The notes under the pieces are model-generated. The model was given only the letters and a program-made list of their open reading frames with translations, was not told the DNA's origin and did no database searches. The position numbers and the translations under genes are program-made. From assembly GCA_965219085.1 (NCBI GenBank), contig OZ244720.1:2016001-2080000 (forward strand): DNA of 64,000 nt. The letters are read 5' to 3'. Source of the stretch: Dehalococcoidia bacterium (lineage in GTDB: Bacteria; Chloroflexota; Dehalococcoidia; UBA2979). This document shows, piece by piece, positions 30,306 to 39,984 of the stretch (positions within the stretch are counted from its first letter, which is position 1; the number at the start of each line of letters is the position of its first letter).

Positions 30306-31379
30306 ATGGATATCCGTCTCAGCGAGCTGCAGGAGTTGCTCCGCACCAACGCGCAGGAGTTCTTCGAGCGCGAGGTCACCTTCGAGCGCATCCGCGAGAT
30401 CGAGGCAGCCGACACGCCCGACATGCAACTGTGGGACCAGATGGTCGAGCTCGGCTGGACCTCGCTGCCCATCGCCGAGGAGTACGGCGGTCAGGGCGGC
30501 ACCCTGCTCGACACCTCGATCCTCGTCAACGAGGCCTGCCGCGCCGCCTTGCCGAGCCCCTTCACCTCGACGCTGATCGCGGCCGTTGCCGTGCAGCGCC
30601 ACGGCTCCGAGGACCTCAAGCAAGCTCTGCTGCCGCGCCTCGCCGACGGCCTCGCGATCTCCTCGGCGGTGCTCGAGGCCGACGACGCCATCTACGGCGA
30701 ACCGCAGACGACGTCCGACGGCTCGACCGTCAGCGGCGAGAAGCGCTTCGTCGAGTTCGGCGCGACGAGCGACGTGCACCTGGTCACGGCGACGCGTAAC
30801 GGCTCGCAGGGCATCGCGGTGGTGTCGCGCGACCAGGCCGGCGTGGAGCTGTCGCCCGTCCAGACGATCGGCGCGATTCCCCAGGCCCACGTCCGCTACG
30901 ACGGCGCCGCCGTCGACGGCTGGATCGAGGGCGCGGAGGCCGTCGATGGCCTGCGCGACCTCGGCACGGCGCTCACGGCGTTCGAGGCCTACGCGTACGC
31001 GCAGAAGGCGCTCGACCTCACCATCGACTACGTGCAGCTGCGCGTCCAGTTCGGCCAGCCGCTCGGCGCGTTCCAGGCGGTGCAGATGCACTGCGCCGAC
31101 ATGGCGACGCTCGTCGAAGGCTCGCGCTTCCTCGCGCAGGAGCTGCTATGGAACCTCGACCAGGGCGAGGTGACGCGCCGCGACGTGGCGATCGTGAAGG
31201 CGATCACCTCGAAGATGGCGCCGCAGGTGCTGCAGGACTGCCACATGCTGCACGGCGGCATCGGCTACATGCAGGAGTACGACCTGCACTTCTTCACGCG
31301 GCGCGGCAAGGAAGCCTCGCTGCGCTGGGGCTCCGCCCGCGAGGCGATGAACGTCGTCGTGGACGCCGCCTTCGCGTAG
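30306..31379 (+). CDS. Acyl-CoA dehydrogenase (short partner subunit)
   Basis: RVQFGQPLGAFQAVQ, HMLHGGIGY; lacks the EPxAGSD motif. Confidence 0.9.
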   Translation: MDIRLSELQELLRTNAQEFFEREVTFERIREIEAADTPDMQLWDQMVELGWTSLPIAEEYGGQGGTLLDTSILVNEACRAALPSPFTSTLIAAVAVQRHGSEDLKQALLPRLADGLAISSAVLEADDAIYGEPQTTSDGSTVSGEKRFVEFGATSDVHLVTATRNGSQGIAVVSRDQAGVELSPVQTIGAIPQAHVRYDGAAVDGWIEGAEAVDGLRDLGTALTAFEAYAYAQKALDLTIDYVQLRVQFGQPLGAFQAVQMHCADMATLVEGSRFLAQELLWNLDQGEVTRRDVAIVKAITSKMAPQVLQDCHMLHGGIGYMQEYDLHFFTRRGKEASLRWGSAREAMNVVVDAAFA

Positions 31380-31454
31380 CGACTGGCAGCACGGACGGCG
31401 GTGGGCAGCGTCGAGCTATTGCGGGAGCGTGGTGCTGCCGTGTCTGTTGATCGG

Positions 31455-32012
31455 ATGACCAACTGGCAGATCGCTGCCCTCGCCCTCTACTCGCTGGGTG
31501 GAGCAACCTCGCGGCAACACCAAGAGGATGTCGCCGTGAAGTGCTATGAGTTTGCCCCTCGGAGATTTCGGTGGGAGAAGTACGAGTACCCGAACCTCGA
31601 TATCGTCGGCAAGGCGCTGCGTGACGCGAAGCACGTCAAGAATGGCAGCCTTGTCAGTGGCGATAAGCGCCTTGGCTGGCTCCTGAGTCCTGCTGGTGTC
31701 GACTGGGCATCCCGGAATGGGCCAGCTGGTCGGGACATGGACGACGGCGGCTCGTCTGTACTGCCTGCGGCCGAGGGCAGAGAGTTGCGGCTACTGAAGT
31801 CACACCAACTGTTCGGGGGGTGGGAGGCCGGGAGCGAAGCGGTGTCCGTCTTCCTGGTAGCCGACGCAGTCGGCCTCACGGCAGACGCGCCGATTCAATC
31901 GATCGCGCGGCGCATCACGGAGCTGCAAAGCGCCGCCCGAGCCGGGCGGCAACGCGATGTGGAAGGATTCTTGAGATGGCTCATGGACAGCCTGAACGCG
32001 TCAAGCTCGTAA
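31455..32012 (+). CDS. Hypothetical protein, possible winged-helix N-terminal domain
   Basis: Open frame in lower-GC DNA (alternative GTG 31401); helical N-terminus followed by GWLLSPAGVDW, a wing-like motif. Confidence 0.55.
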   Translation: MTNWQIAALALYSLGGATSRQHQEDVAVKCYEFAPRRFRWEKYEYPNLDIVGKALRDAKHVKNGSLVSGDKRLGWLLSPAGVDWASRNGPAGRDMDDGGSSVLPAAEGRELRLLKSHQLFGGWEAGSEAVSVFLVADAVGLTADAPIQSIARRITELQSAARAGRQRDVEGFLRWLMDSLNASSS

Positions 32013-33114
32013 CGACTCAACGCGCCCATCAGCAGGATGCCGCAAACGCGATGGGCTCGGATCCTATCAAGGCGATTATTGAGTTGGTGACCAATGCTGA
32101 CGATGCCTACGACGGCGTTACAACGAACCGCAAGGGGAAGATTCGGATCGAATGGGAGCGACACCGCAAGACCCCGACGGTCCTCCGTGTCCTCGACCGC
32201 GCCCGCGGGATGACAAGGGATGAGATGCTTGAGCGACTCGGCAGGCTCGGCGAACGCACAAGCGGATTTGAGCATGGCGCACAACGCCGGGGCTTCTTCG
32301 GCCGGGGCGGGAAGGACGTGGCGCACTTCGGGCCAGTGCGGTGGGAATCGAAGCGGAGCGGCGAGCACACCGGATTCGAGATCGAGTACAAATCCGGGGC
32401 CTCGGTTGACGCCCTCGTATACGAGCTCCCGGCAGTCGAGTCCCGCGACACGGGCACAACAGTCACTCTTGAGATTCAGCCTCGCTTCCAAAGTCCGCTG
32501 GAGTCGACCCTCATGGACAGACTCAAGCGGCACTATGCCCTGCGGCCGATACTTGACGACCGTCGCAACCGCGAGATTACCCTGAACGATCAGAAGGTCG
32601 TGTTCGAGCCACCTCGGGGCAGATTGCTCCTCGATCGCGAGAAGCACTCGATCCGGGGCTACGATGGTTTCGAGTGCGTCATCACGATTACGGAGTGCGC
32701 TGAGTCTCTCGACGATGACCAGTCCCCAGATTACTGGCGGCACTCGCTCCTGATCACGTCGGGGCGTGCAGCGTATGAGGTCTTTCAGGGCGGCAAGTTC
32801 TCACGCGGCCCGCATGCTCAATACCTGGGAAGGCTCTTCGGCACTGTTGACGTACCCGGCATCAACGAACTCATCCGCGAGCATGATGACCGTGTCGAGG
32901 CCGGGCTCGACCCGACCGAAACGCGATGCTGGCCGAAATCCTTGCCTCGACAGTAGTGCGGAGTAGGCTGCAGGAGAAGTATCAGGAGCGCCACGACGTA
33001 GCACGGCTATTCTTCGAGTACCAGAACGACCTCGCGAAACTGTTGCCGCGCGTGCATGCCGCGCTCGTTCCCGCAGCCGAGCGCCGCAGCGTTGAGCCAT
33101 GGCGACAAGGCTGA
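31976..33114 (+). pseudogene. GHKL (Hsp90/MORC-like) ATPase, apparently truncated or internally deleted
   Basis: AIIELVTNADDA, DRARGM, GFFGRGGK, DTGTTV. The frame ends abruptly at 32956, and a coding-like helical tail follows in another frame (32926-33114). Confidence 0.65.
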
Positions 33115-33139
33115 GTGCTGAGGCGCCCACAGCCCCTGG

Positions 33140-34339
33140 TCAGGCGACGACGCCCCTCGCCTTGAGCGCCGCGATCGACTCGGCGGACTCGCCGAGCTCG
33201 GCGAGCACCTCGTCGGTGTGCCGGCCGAGGTGCGCAGGGGCGCTGCGCACGTTGCCCGGTGTGCCCAGCAGCTTCGGCGCGACGCCGACGTGGCGCACGG
33301 TCCCCGCGCCCACGCCCTCGCCCTCCACCTCGATCGCCATCTCGCGCTCCCGCTGGTGGGGGTCGTCGAGCATCTCGTCGAGGTCGAGCACGGGCGTCAG
33401 GCATGCGTCGAGGTGGCCGAAGTCGGCGAACCACTCGTCGCGCGGGCGTTCGCGGAAGCGTGCTGCGAAGGCGGCCTGCATCCCGGCCTGGCGGTCGGGA
33501 TCGTTCTGGTGCGGGACGAACTCCTCGAAGCCGAGCGCCTTGCACAGCTCCTCGAAGAAGTAGGGCTCGATCGCGCCGACGCTGATCCAGCGGCCGTCGG
33601 CGCACTCGTAGACCTGGTAGTAGCAGCGCGCGCCGGCGAGCGTGTGGTCGCCGCGGCGCGGCGGCCCGGCCCCGGCGAGCATCGTCGCGACGTGCGAGAT
33701 CATGAGCGAGGCGACGCCGTCCGACATCGCGGCGTCGACGTCCTGGCCGTGGCCGGTGCGCTCGCGCGCCTGTAGCGCGAGCACGATGCCGAACGCGGCC
33801 ATCAGCCCGCCGCCGGCGAAGTCGGCGATGATGTTGAGCGGGATCACCGGGTCGCCCTGCACGTTCCCGATCGACCCGAGCGCGCCGCCGATCGAGATGT
33901 AGTTGATGTCGTGCCCGGCGCGCGGCTCATATGGTCCGGTGCGCCCGAAGCCCGACACCGAGCACGTGATGATGCGCGGGTTGATAGCCTCGAGGCTCGC
34001 GTAGTCGATGCCGAGGCGGTTCGTGACGCCCGGCCGGAAGCCGTCGATGACCACGTCGGAGCGCTCGACCAGGGCCCGGAAGATGCGCTGGCCGTCCTCG
34101 TCGCGGAGGTTGATGGCTGTGCCGCGCTTGTTGCGCCGGATCGCGTCGTGGGCGAGCGCGCGCGCCGCCTCCTCGGTCTCGGGCGCGCCGGCGCGCACGT
34201 TGAAGCGGGCGACGGCGCCCGGCGGCACCTCGACCATGAACACGTCGGCGCCGAAGTCGGCGAGAAGCATGGAGGCGTACTGGCCGGGCGGGGTGCGGGA
34301 CAGGTCGAGGACGCGAACGCCCTCCAGCGCCATGGTCAT
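33140..34339 (-). CDS. Class III CoA-transferase / alpha-methylacyl-CoA racemase-like
   Basis: GHDINY and ADFAGGG motifs typical of the AMACR-like subfamily. Confidence 0.9.
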   Translation of the reverse strand: MTMALEGVRVLDLSRTPPGQYASMLLADFGADVFMVEVPPGAVARFNVRAGAPETEEAARALAHDAIRRNKRGTAINLRDEDGQRIFRALVERSDVVIDGFRPGVTNRLGIDYASLEAINPRIITCSVSGFGRTGPYEPRAGHDINYISIGGALGSIGNVQGDPVIPLNIIADFAGGGLMAAFGIVLALQARERTGHGQDVDAAMSDGVASLMISHVATMLAGAGPPRRGDHTLAGARCYYQVYECADGRWISVGAIEPYFFEELCKALGFEEFVPHQNDPDRQAGMQAAFAARFRERPRDEWFADFGHLDACLTPVLDLDEMLDDPHQREREMAIEVEGEGVGAGTVRHVGVAPKLLGTPGNVRSAPAHLGRHTDEVLAELGESAESIAALKARGVVA

Positions 34340-34537
34340 GGGGTGCCTCCTCGGTGCGCTACGGGTCGTTGCAGGCCCGTGTCGCGAGGAGGGTAGCTCG
34401 TGGCGCTGTGCGGGACGAGGGGCGCGAGGCGCCTGGAGGCTCGGGCTTATTTGCGTTGGATGGCCGAAACGAAAATCACAGCACTCGCTATTTTCGTCGG
34501 CGCTAACACACGGCGCCGAGGCTGGCCCCGGAGGAGG

Positions 34538-35891
34538 TTACAGTCGTTCCCGAAGAGTCGCGGCTTCCAGCCGCCGTGACTGCTCGGCACGCCCGTCGAC
34601 AACGGCCACGCCTTCCTGTCGAAGCAGCTCGACCGGATCACGAGAGTCGACCGGGTCGCTCCAGTGGAAGCCTTCGGCGACCGAGCCGCCCGCCGTCAGT
34701 ACACGGTGGGCAGCGGAGCATTGGTTGCAGGCGGTGATGTGTCCGCCCACGGCACGAGCCGAACTGCCAATCGCATCCGCGAGGTCCCCGTAGGTCGTCC
34801 ACTCACCCGACTGTACTTGATCCAGCAGACGGTGAAGGCCGGATCAATCCCGAGGTTCAGCGCTGCGTCCGCGCACTTCGCCCGCCAAGGCAGACAAAGT
34901 TTGGCCGTCCGCCCATCCATGCTCTCGGTCCCTGAATGACCCTCGGGCGCTCACCAGTCGCTCGCTCCACGATCTCCTTCGCCAGTCCGGTGGGGCTCCA
35001 ATGTTCCCCGTCGACCATCTAGGTAAGTGGCGTTGAAGGATGGTTTCGCCAGGTCACATGAGAGCGCTGGGGATCGGCCTTGAGCCATTCCGCAACCCGC
35101 TCACGCCATAGAGGCCGAATGCCGCGGGGCGCAAGCTCGACCAACGCCCCGTCTTCAATGAGCCCGGCGTCGACTAGCCTTGCGACGGCGCGTGTTTCAC
35201 GGCGCGTGTGTGATCGCTCGTCCGTTGCTCGTTGCTCCATTTCGCGAGGCGAGACGGTGAAGTCCTCGACCTCCTGCAATGGCCAGACCTGCGAGACCGA
35301 GAGCACGACGTCGTGCTCGGTGCGGTAAGCGTTGAACTCGATCAACGAGACCTCAACGCCCATCTCGGTCAGCCAGACGGCGCTCGCGGTGACTTGCGGC
35401 GGGAAGCTCGCCGCCACCAGAGCGATGCGTGGCCGCCGGAGCAAGTCCGGGTCGAGCTCACCGCCGGCGTGCTCCTCGAGTTGGACAAGGGCGTTCTCGG
35501 CTGACACCAACTCCGTACCCTCCCGCGACAGGTAGTCGGCGTGCCGTTCGCTGAGTGTCTCCGGCGTGAAGCGGCTCGCGAAGGCCGCGTACTTGACTGC
35601 CTGCATCCCGACAGTGTCGGGCGCCGGCCCGCGTTTCAACTCGGCCACGAGGAGCCGCCCCTCGCCGTCGAGGCCGAGCAGATCGAGGCGGTCTGCCGCG
35701 CGTCCGTCGCGCGCCTGCCATGCGGCGAACTCGAACGTCACGATGCGGATGTCGTCGCCGAGGATCTCCGGGTTGTTGCGTACCCACTCTTGCAGGTCGG
35801 ACCGCTCGCGCAGTCCCGCTTCGGCAAGGCTGATCGGTTGCGCGGGCTGCGCCGCGCCGGGCTGGACGGTGAAGATCAGCTCACTGGGCAT
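34538..35891 (-). pseudogene. NucS-like PD-(D/E)xK nuclease + RAMA-like + MGMT/Atl1-like fusion, disrupted
   Basis: ERSDLQEW..NP and DLLGLD...VAELK. Coding continues past TAG 35019-35021 (MVDGEHWSPTGLA..GPRAW), a frameshift near 34910 and TGA 34844-34846, into GEWTTYGDLA...RAVG...AHRVL. Confidence 0.7.
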
Positions 35892-35901
35892 GCGCACCTC
35901 C

Positions 35902-35943
35902 CGCGCTGATGCAGGCTACGCAACGAGCGTGATGATGTCACGG
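35902..35943 (-). promoter_or_regulatory. Promoter module, copy A (GTGACA-N17-TAGCCT), upstream of the nuclease gene
   Basis: Sigma70-like spacing; homologous to 37587-37628. Confidence 0.55.
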
Positions 35944-36081
35944 TGCGGGGTGGGTGAAGATGTAGCGCAGGTTCTCGCGCTTGGATGGCGAAGTTCGCGC
36001 GCGTCTGCTCCCTGGTGAGCCGGCCCCCGTAATCGGATTGGCGCGAGCTGCGACGCCGATATGTGTAGCCACTCACAGGAC

Positions 36082-36167
36082 GGCACAGCAAGACGCCCGC
36101 CTGAGGGCGGGTGTCCCTGTGCGTTGCGGCTGGAGCGTTGGCTGCTAGCGCGAGCCTCGCAGGCGCG
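36082..36167. repeat. Direct repeat, copy A: orphan dppC 3' end plus terminator
   Basis: About 85 bp nearly identical to 37752-37836, including the last codons and TAG of dppC and the GACGCCCGCC-TGAG-GGCGGG(T/C)GTC hairpin. Confidence 0.9.
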
Positions 36168-36397
36168 TTGTGGGTGGTGACTCGTTCGCAAATAGCGATG
36201 GGCGCTGGTTGCGCTATCGCTAACAACGGCCACGGCAGGCATGCTCAGGTAGTGTTTGATGGGGTATTCGAAGATAACGGCGCTGACTCTTCTCGCTACC
36301 GCTAACAACAGACGCCTCCCTCGATCGTTATTTGTGATAAGGACCATGTGCGATAATAATGGACTCGGAGTGCGTGTACGTTCACGAGGAAGAGCCT

Positions 36398-37570
36398 GTG
36401 ACATCGCTGACCGAGCAGACCCGCGAGCCGCATGGCCGCATGGTGAACGGCCCCGGCGGCTATCGCGCCTACGTGCCCGCCCCGGCTCCGCCGCCCCTGA
36501 CGTGGGATGTCGACCTCGTCCTGAGCCTCTCGGCCGCCGATCTGGCTGTTGGCAGACTCGCCGGCGAGGGACGACGTCTCCCGAATCCGCACATCCTGAT
36601 CCGGCCATTCGTCCGCAAGGAGGCCGTCCTGTCCAGCCGTATCGAGGGGACCCAGGCCACGCTCGGCGAGTTGCTCGCCGCCGAGGCGGGCGCGTTCGTT
36701 GAGCGCAGCCGGGACGACTTGCGCGAGGTGGGGAACTATGTGGTCGCCCTCGAATACGGCGTCGCTCGTCTCGAGTCGTTGCCCGTATCGCTGCGTCTGG
36801 TGCGCGAGCTGCACGAGCGCCTCATGCGCGGCGTGCGGGGCGAGGTCGCCACCCCCGGCGAGTTTCGGCGCAGCCAGAACTGGATCGGGCCGCCGGGTAG
36901 CACGTTGAACAATGCGACCTACGTCCCGCCGCCGCCTCTGGAGTTGATGGCGTGCCTGGATGCATGGGAGCGGTTCATGCACGACGAGACGTTGCCGCCG
37001 CTGGCGCACGCCGCCATCGCACACGCCCAGTTCGAGGCAATCCACCCGTTCCTCGACGGTAACGGGCGCGTCGGGCGGCTGCTCATCACGCTGTTACTCG
37101 TCGCGCGAGGGGTGATTCCCTCTCCGCTGCTCTACCTCAGCGCGTGGTTCGAGGCCACGCGCGACGAGTACTACAGGCACCTCCTGGGCGTGACGCAGCG
37201 GGGTGAATGGGAGGAGTGGCTGACCTACTTCCTGCGAGGCGTCGTGCGCCTGTCCGAGGATGCGCTCGGCCGGATCCAGCGTCTCGACGACCTCCTCGCC
37301 GGATGGAAGGGCGCGTTGGCGGGCGGCAGGTCGCGACAACCGGAGCAGGCGCTCGACCTCTTTGCCGAGAACCCCTTCTGGACGGTCGGGGGCGCGGCCG
37401 AACGGCTGGGGGTGGCGTTCACGACTGCCCAGCGAGCCATCGACCGACTGGTGGCAGCCGAAATGGTCGCCCAGGTGGGGGACGCTCAGCGCAACCGCGT
37501 GTATTGCGCGGGCGCCATCCTCCAACTGTTGGAGGAAGAACCGCGCTTCGCCGACGGCACGGTCTCGTGA
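36398..37570 (+). CDS. Fic family protein (class III-like, with N-terminal inhibitory helix)
   Basis: HPFLDGNGRVGR active-site motif, SSRIEGT, C-terminal HTH-like region. Alternative ATG at 36359. Confidence 0.93.
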   Translation: MTSLTEQTREPHGRMVNGPGGYRAYVPAPAPPPLTWDVDLVLSLSAADLAVGRLAGEGRRLPNPHILIRPFVRKEAVLSSRIEGTQATLGELLAAEAGAFVERSRDDLREVGNYVVALEYGVARLESLPVSLRLVRELHERLMRGVRGEVATPGEFRRSQNWIGPPGSTLNNATYVPPPPLELMACLDAWERFMHDETLPPLAHAAIAHAQFEAIHPFLDGNGRVGRLLITLLLVARGVIPSPLLYLSAWFEATRDEYYRHLLGVTQRGEWEEWLTYFLRGVVRLSEDALGRIQRLDDLLAGWKGALAGGRSRQPEQALDLFAENPFWTVGGAAERLGVAFTTAQRAIDRLVAAEMVAQVGDAQRNRVYCAGAILQLLEEEPRFADGTVS

Positions 37571-37586
37571 GGTAATCGGCACGCCT

Positions 37587-37628
37587 CGCGCCGGTGCAGG
37601 CTAGGCAACGCCGGGGGCGATGTCACGG
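37587..37628 (-). promoter_or_regulatory. Promoter module, copy B, pointing antisense into fic
   Basis: GTGACA-N17-TAGCCT, ungapped 42-bp match to 35902-35943. Confidence 0.5.
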
Positions 37629-37751
37629 CGGAGGCAGCGCTACGTGAGCGCGTCGACCCCGCTGGGACCGTCCGTCACCCCAACTCCTCGGCTATCCGTT
37701 CGCCGGCGTCGAAGTCCTCGAAGGTCTTCAGCCCGGTGACACTTACCGGAG

Positions 37752-37836
37752 GGCACAGCAAGACGCCCGCCTGAGGGCGGGCGTCTTGTGCGTTGCGGCT
37801 GAAAGCGTGGCTGCTAGCGCGAGCCTCGCAGGCGCG
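37752..37836. repeat. Direct repeat, copy B: native dppC 3' end plus terminator
   Basis: AAGACGCCCGCC-TGAG-GGCGGGCGTCTT hairpin just after the dppC stop codon. Confidence 0.9.
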
Positions 37837-38716
37837 GGTCGAGCACGTCGCGGACGACGTCGCCGAGCAGGTTGAAGCTCAGCACCGTGACGGCGATCGC
37901 GAGGCCGGGGAACAGCGCCAGCCACGGCGACGTCTCGATCGACTCACGGCCACGGCTCAGCATCAGGCCCCACGAGGCGTCGGGCGGCTGCGTGGCCAGG
38001 CCGAGGAAGCTGAGCGCGCCCTCGATCAGGATGGCCGAGCCGAACCCCGCCGAGACGAGGATGAGGATCGGCGCCACCACGTTGGGCAGGATGTGCTGCA
38101 TCAGCACCCGCGTCGGACTCGCGCCGATCGCTCGTGCCGCCTCGATGTAGGTGTTCTCCTTCACCGATAGCACGGCACTGCGCACCACGCGCGAGTTGTT
38201 CACCGCCACAATGAGGGCGATGGCAAGCACTCCATTCGTCGTCGAGGGCCCGATCACGCTGACGATGGCCATTGCCAGCAGGATGGCCGGGAACGACTGG
38301 ATGGCGTCCACAATACGCTGGACCAGCAGGTCGACCCAGCCGCCGGCGAACCCGGAGACCAGCCCGACGAACGCGCCGGCCAGGGTGCCGAACCCGACGG
38401 TCAGGAACCCCACGTACAGCGAGATCCGCGCGCCGTACATGACGCGCGTCAGGATGTCGCGGCCGATGCCGTCCGACCCGAGCCAGTGGCCATCGACGCC
38501 CGGCGCGACGAACTTCTCGCGCGAGATCGCCTGTGGGTCGAAGGGCGACACATAGGGCGCCGCCAGCGCGACCGCGATCAGGATCAGGATGATGAGCCCG
38601 GACCCCGCACCCACCGGAGTGCGTGCGATCTTGATGGTCGCGTCTACCGCTGGGTGACGTTGCCTTGCGGCAAGGTCCTGGAAAGTAGTGTCTTCAACTT
38701 GCGCTGCTGAAGCCAT
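37814..38716 (-). CDS. dppC: Peptide/nickel ABC transporter permease (DppC/OppC type)
   Basis: HWLGSDGIGRD, EAARAIGA EAA loop, HILPN, LSFLGL, FNLLGD..RD.LDP. Confidence 0.93.
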   Translation of the reverse strand: MASAAQVEDTTFQDLAARQRHPAVDATIKIARTPVGAGSGLIILILIAVALAAPYVSPFDPQAISREKFVAPGVDGHWLGSDGIGRDILTRVMYGARISLYVGFLTVGFGTLAGAFVGLVSGFAGGWVDLLVQRIVDAIQSFPAILLAMAIVSVIGPSTTNGVLAIALIVAVNNSRVVRSAVLSVKENTYIEAARAIGASPTRVLMQHILPNVVAPILILVSAGFGSAILIEGALSFLGLATQPPDASWGLMLSRGRESIETSPWLALFPGLAIAVTVLSFNLLGDVVRDVLDPRLRGSR

Positions 38717-38753
38717 CGTTTGCTCCGCTCTCTACGCCTGTATGCGCCTGTGC

Positions 38754-39704
38754 CTACGAGTACCGGATCCGCGGGTCGATGATCGCGTACGACAGGTCGA
38801 TCAGCAGGTTCGACGTGATGAACAGGATGGCGGTGAAGAACACCACACCCTGCACCACCGGGTAGTCGCGCACCTGGATCGCCTCGAAGCCCAGCGTCCC
38901 CACGCCCGGCAGCGAGAACACGACCTCGACGATGACGAGACCACCGAGGAGGAAGGTGAGCTGGCTGCCCATGATCGTGATCACGGGGATCAGCGCATTC
39001 CGCAGCGCGTGCTTGAGGATGATGACGCGCTCCATCAGCCCCTTCGCGCGGGCGGTGCGCACGTAGTCCTGTCGCAGCACCTCGAGCATCGCCGAGCGCG
39101 TCATGCGGGCGTTAATCGCGCTGGAGCGGTAGCCGACGATGAGCGCGGGGAAGATGAAGGCCTGCATGTTGGCCCACGGGTTCTCCCACGGCGGTGTGTA
39201 GCCGAAGTCTGGTAACCACCCGACCCACACGGACAGGATGTACAGGAGCATCGTCGCCAGGAAGAAGTCCGGGACGGATAACCCCGTGATGGAGAACATC
39301 CGTGCGGCGTAATCCATCCAGCTATCCTGTCTGATCGCGGATACGATGCCTAATGGGATGGCCGTCACCACCGCAACGAACATCGCCATCATCGCGAGTT
39401 GGATCGAGACGCGCGATCGCGTCACGAGCGTCTCCAGGACATCGCGGCCAGTCCACAGCGATACACCCATGTCGCCCCGGAGCACGCCGCTGACCCACTC
39501 GACGTATTGGACCGGGAAGCTCTTGTCGAGCCCCAGCTCCCTTCGCATCGCGTCGACGTCCTCCTGGGTGAGGTAGCCCGACTCGGAGAGCCGCGCCATG
39601 ACGACGTCGCCGGGCTGCAGTCGTAGCAAGCCGGCGATGAGAATGGTCACGATGAGGAGCGAGGGCATCGCGACCACGAGCCTTCGTACGATGTAACGAC
39701 CCAT
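38754..39704 (-). CDS. dppB: Peptide ABC transporter permease (DppB/OppB type), copy 2
   Basis: YVRTARAKGL, KHALRNA, RDYPVVQG, DPRIRY. Confidence 0.93.
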   Translation of the reverse strand: MGRYIVRRLVVAMPSLLIVTILIAGLLRLQPGDVVMARLSESGYLTQEDVDAMRRELGLDKSFPVQYVEWVSGVLRGDMGVSLWTGRDVLETLVTRSRVSIQLAMMAMFVAVVTAIPLGIVSAIRQDSWMDYAARMFSITGLSVPDFFLATMLLYILSVWVGWLPDFGYTPPWENPWANMQAFIFPALIVGYRSSAINARMTRSAMLEVLRQDYVRTARAKGLMERVIILKHALRNALIPVITIMGSQLTFLLGGLVIVEVVFSLPGVGTLGFEAIQVRDYPVVQGVVFFTAILFITSNLLIDLSYAIIDPRIRYS

Positions 39705-39984
39705 AGGTCAGAACCTTCCCCTGGTGCCCGCCCCGAAGCGACGGGACACCATCATAGGCGAGGCTGAATCATAGTGTGCAACCACGCCTCGCGTCTCCCT
39801 CATGTGTAGCGAATCCGGGGATCCATCGCCGCATACGACAAATCAATCACTCATGGCCGGCTCCATCACGGTCGGGCGCTCGTACTGGAGGTACGCTCGC
39901 GACCGAGCTTGGGATCCTCGTTCCTGTCTCCTGCGGCGAACCGGGCGCGCGCCGAGGGTGTCCCGGCGCGCGCCCCGTACCTGC

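Noticed and set aside
34844-35021. Stop-codon recoding (TGA or TAG read as Trp)
   Set aside because: Both codons terminate many intact genes in this window, and the gene also has a frameshift; pseudogenisation is simpler.
31380-37840. Prophage, IS element or integron call for the island
   Set aside because: No integrase, transposase, phage gene, terminal inverted repeat or attC-like structure was recognised.
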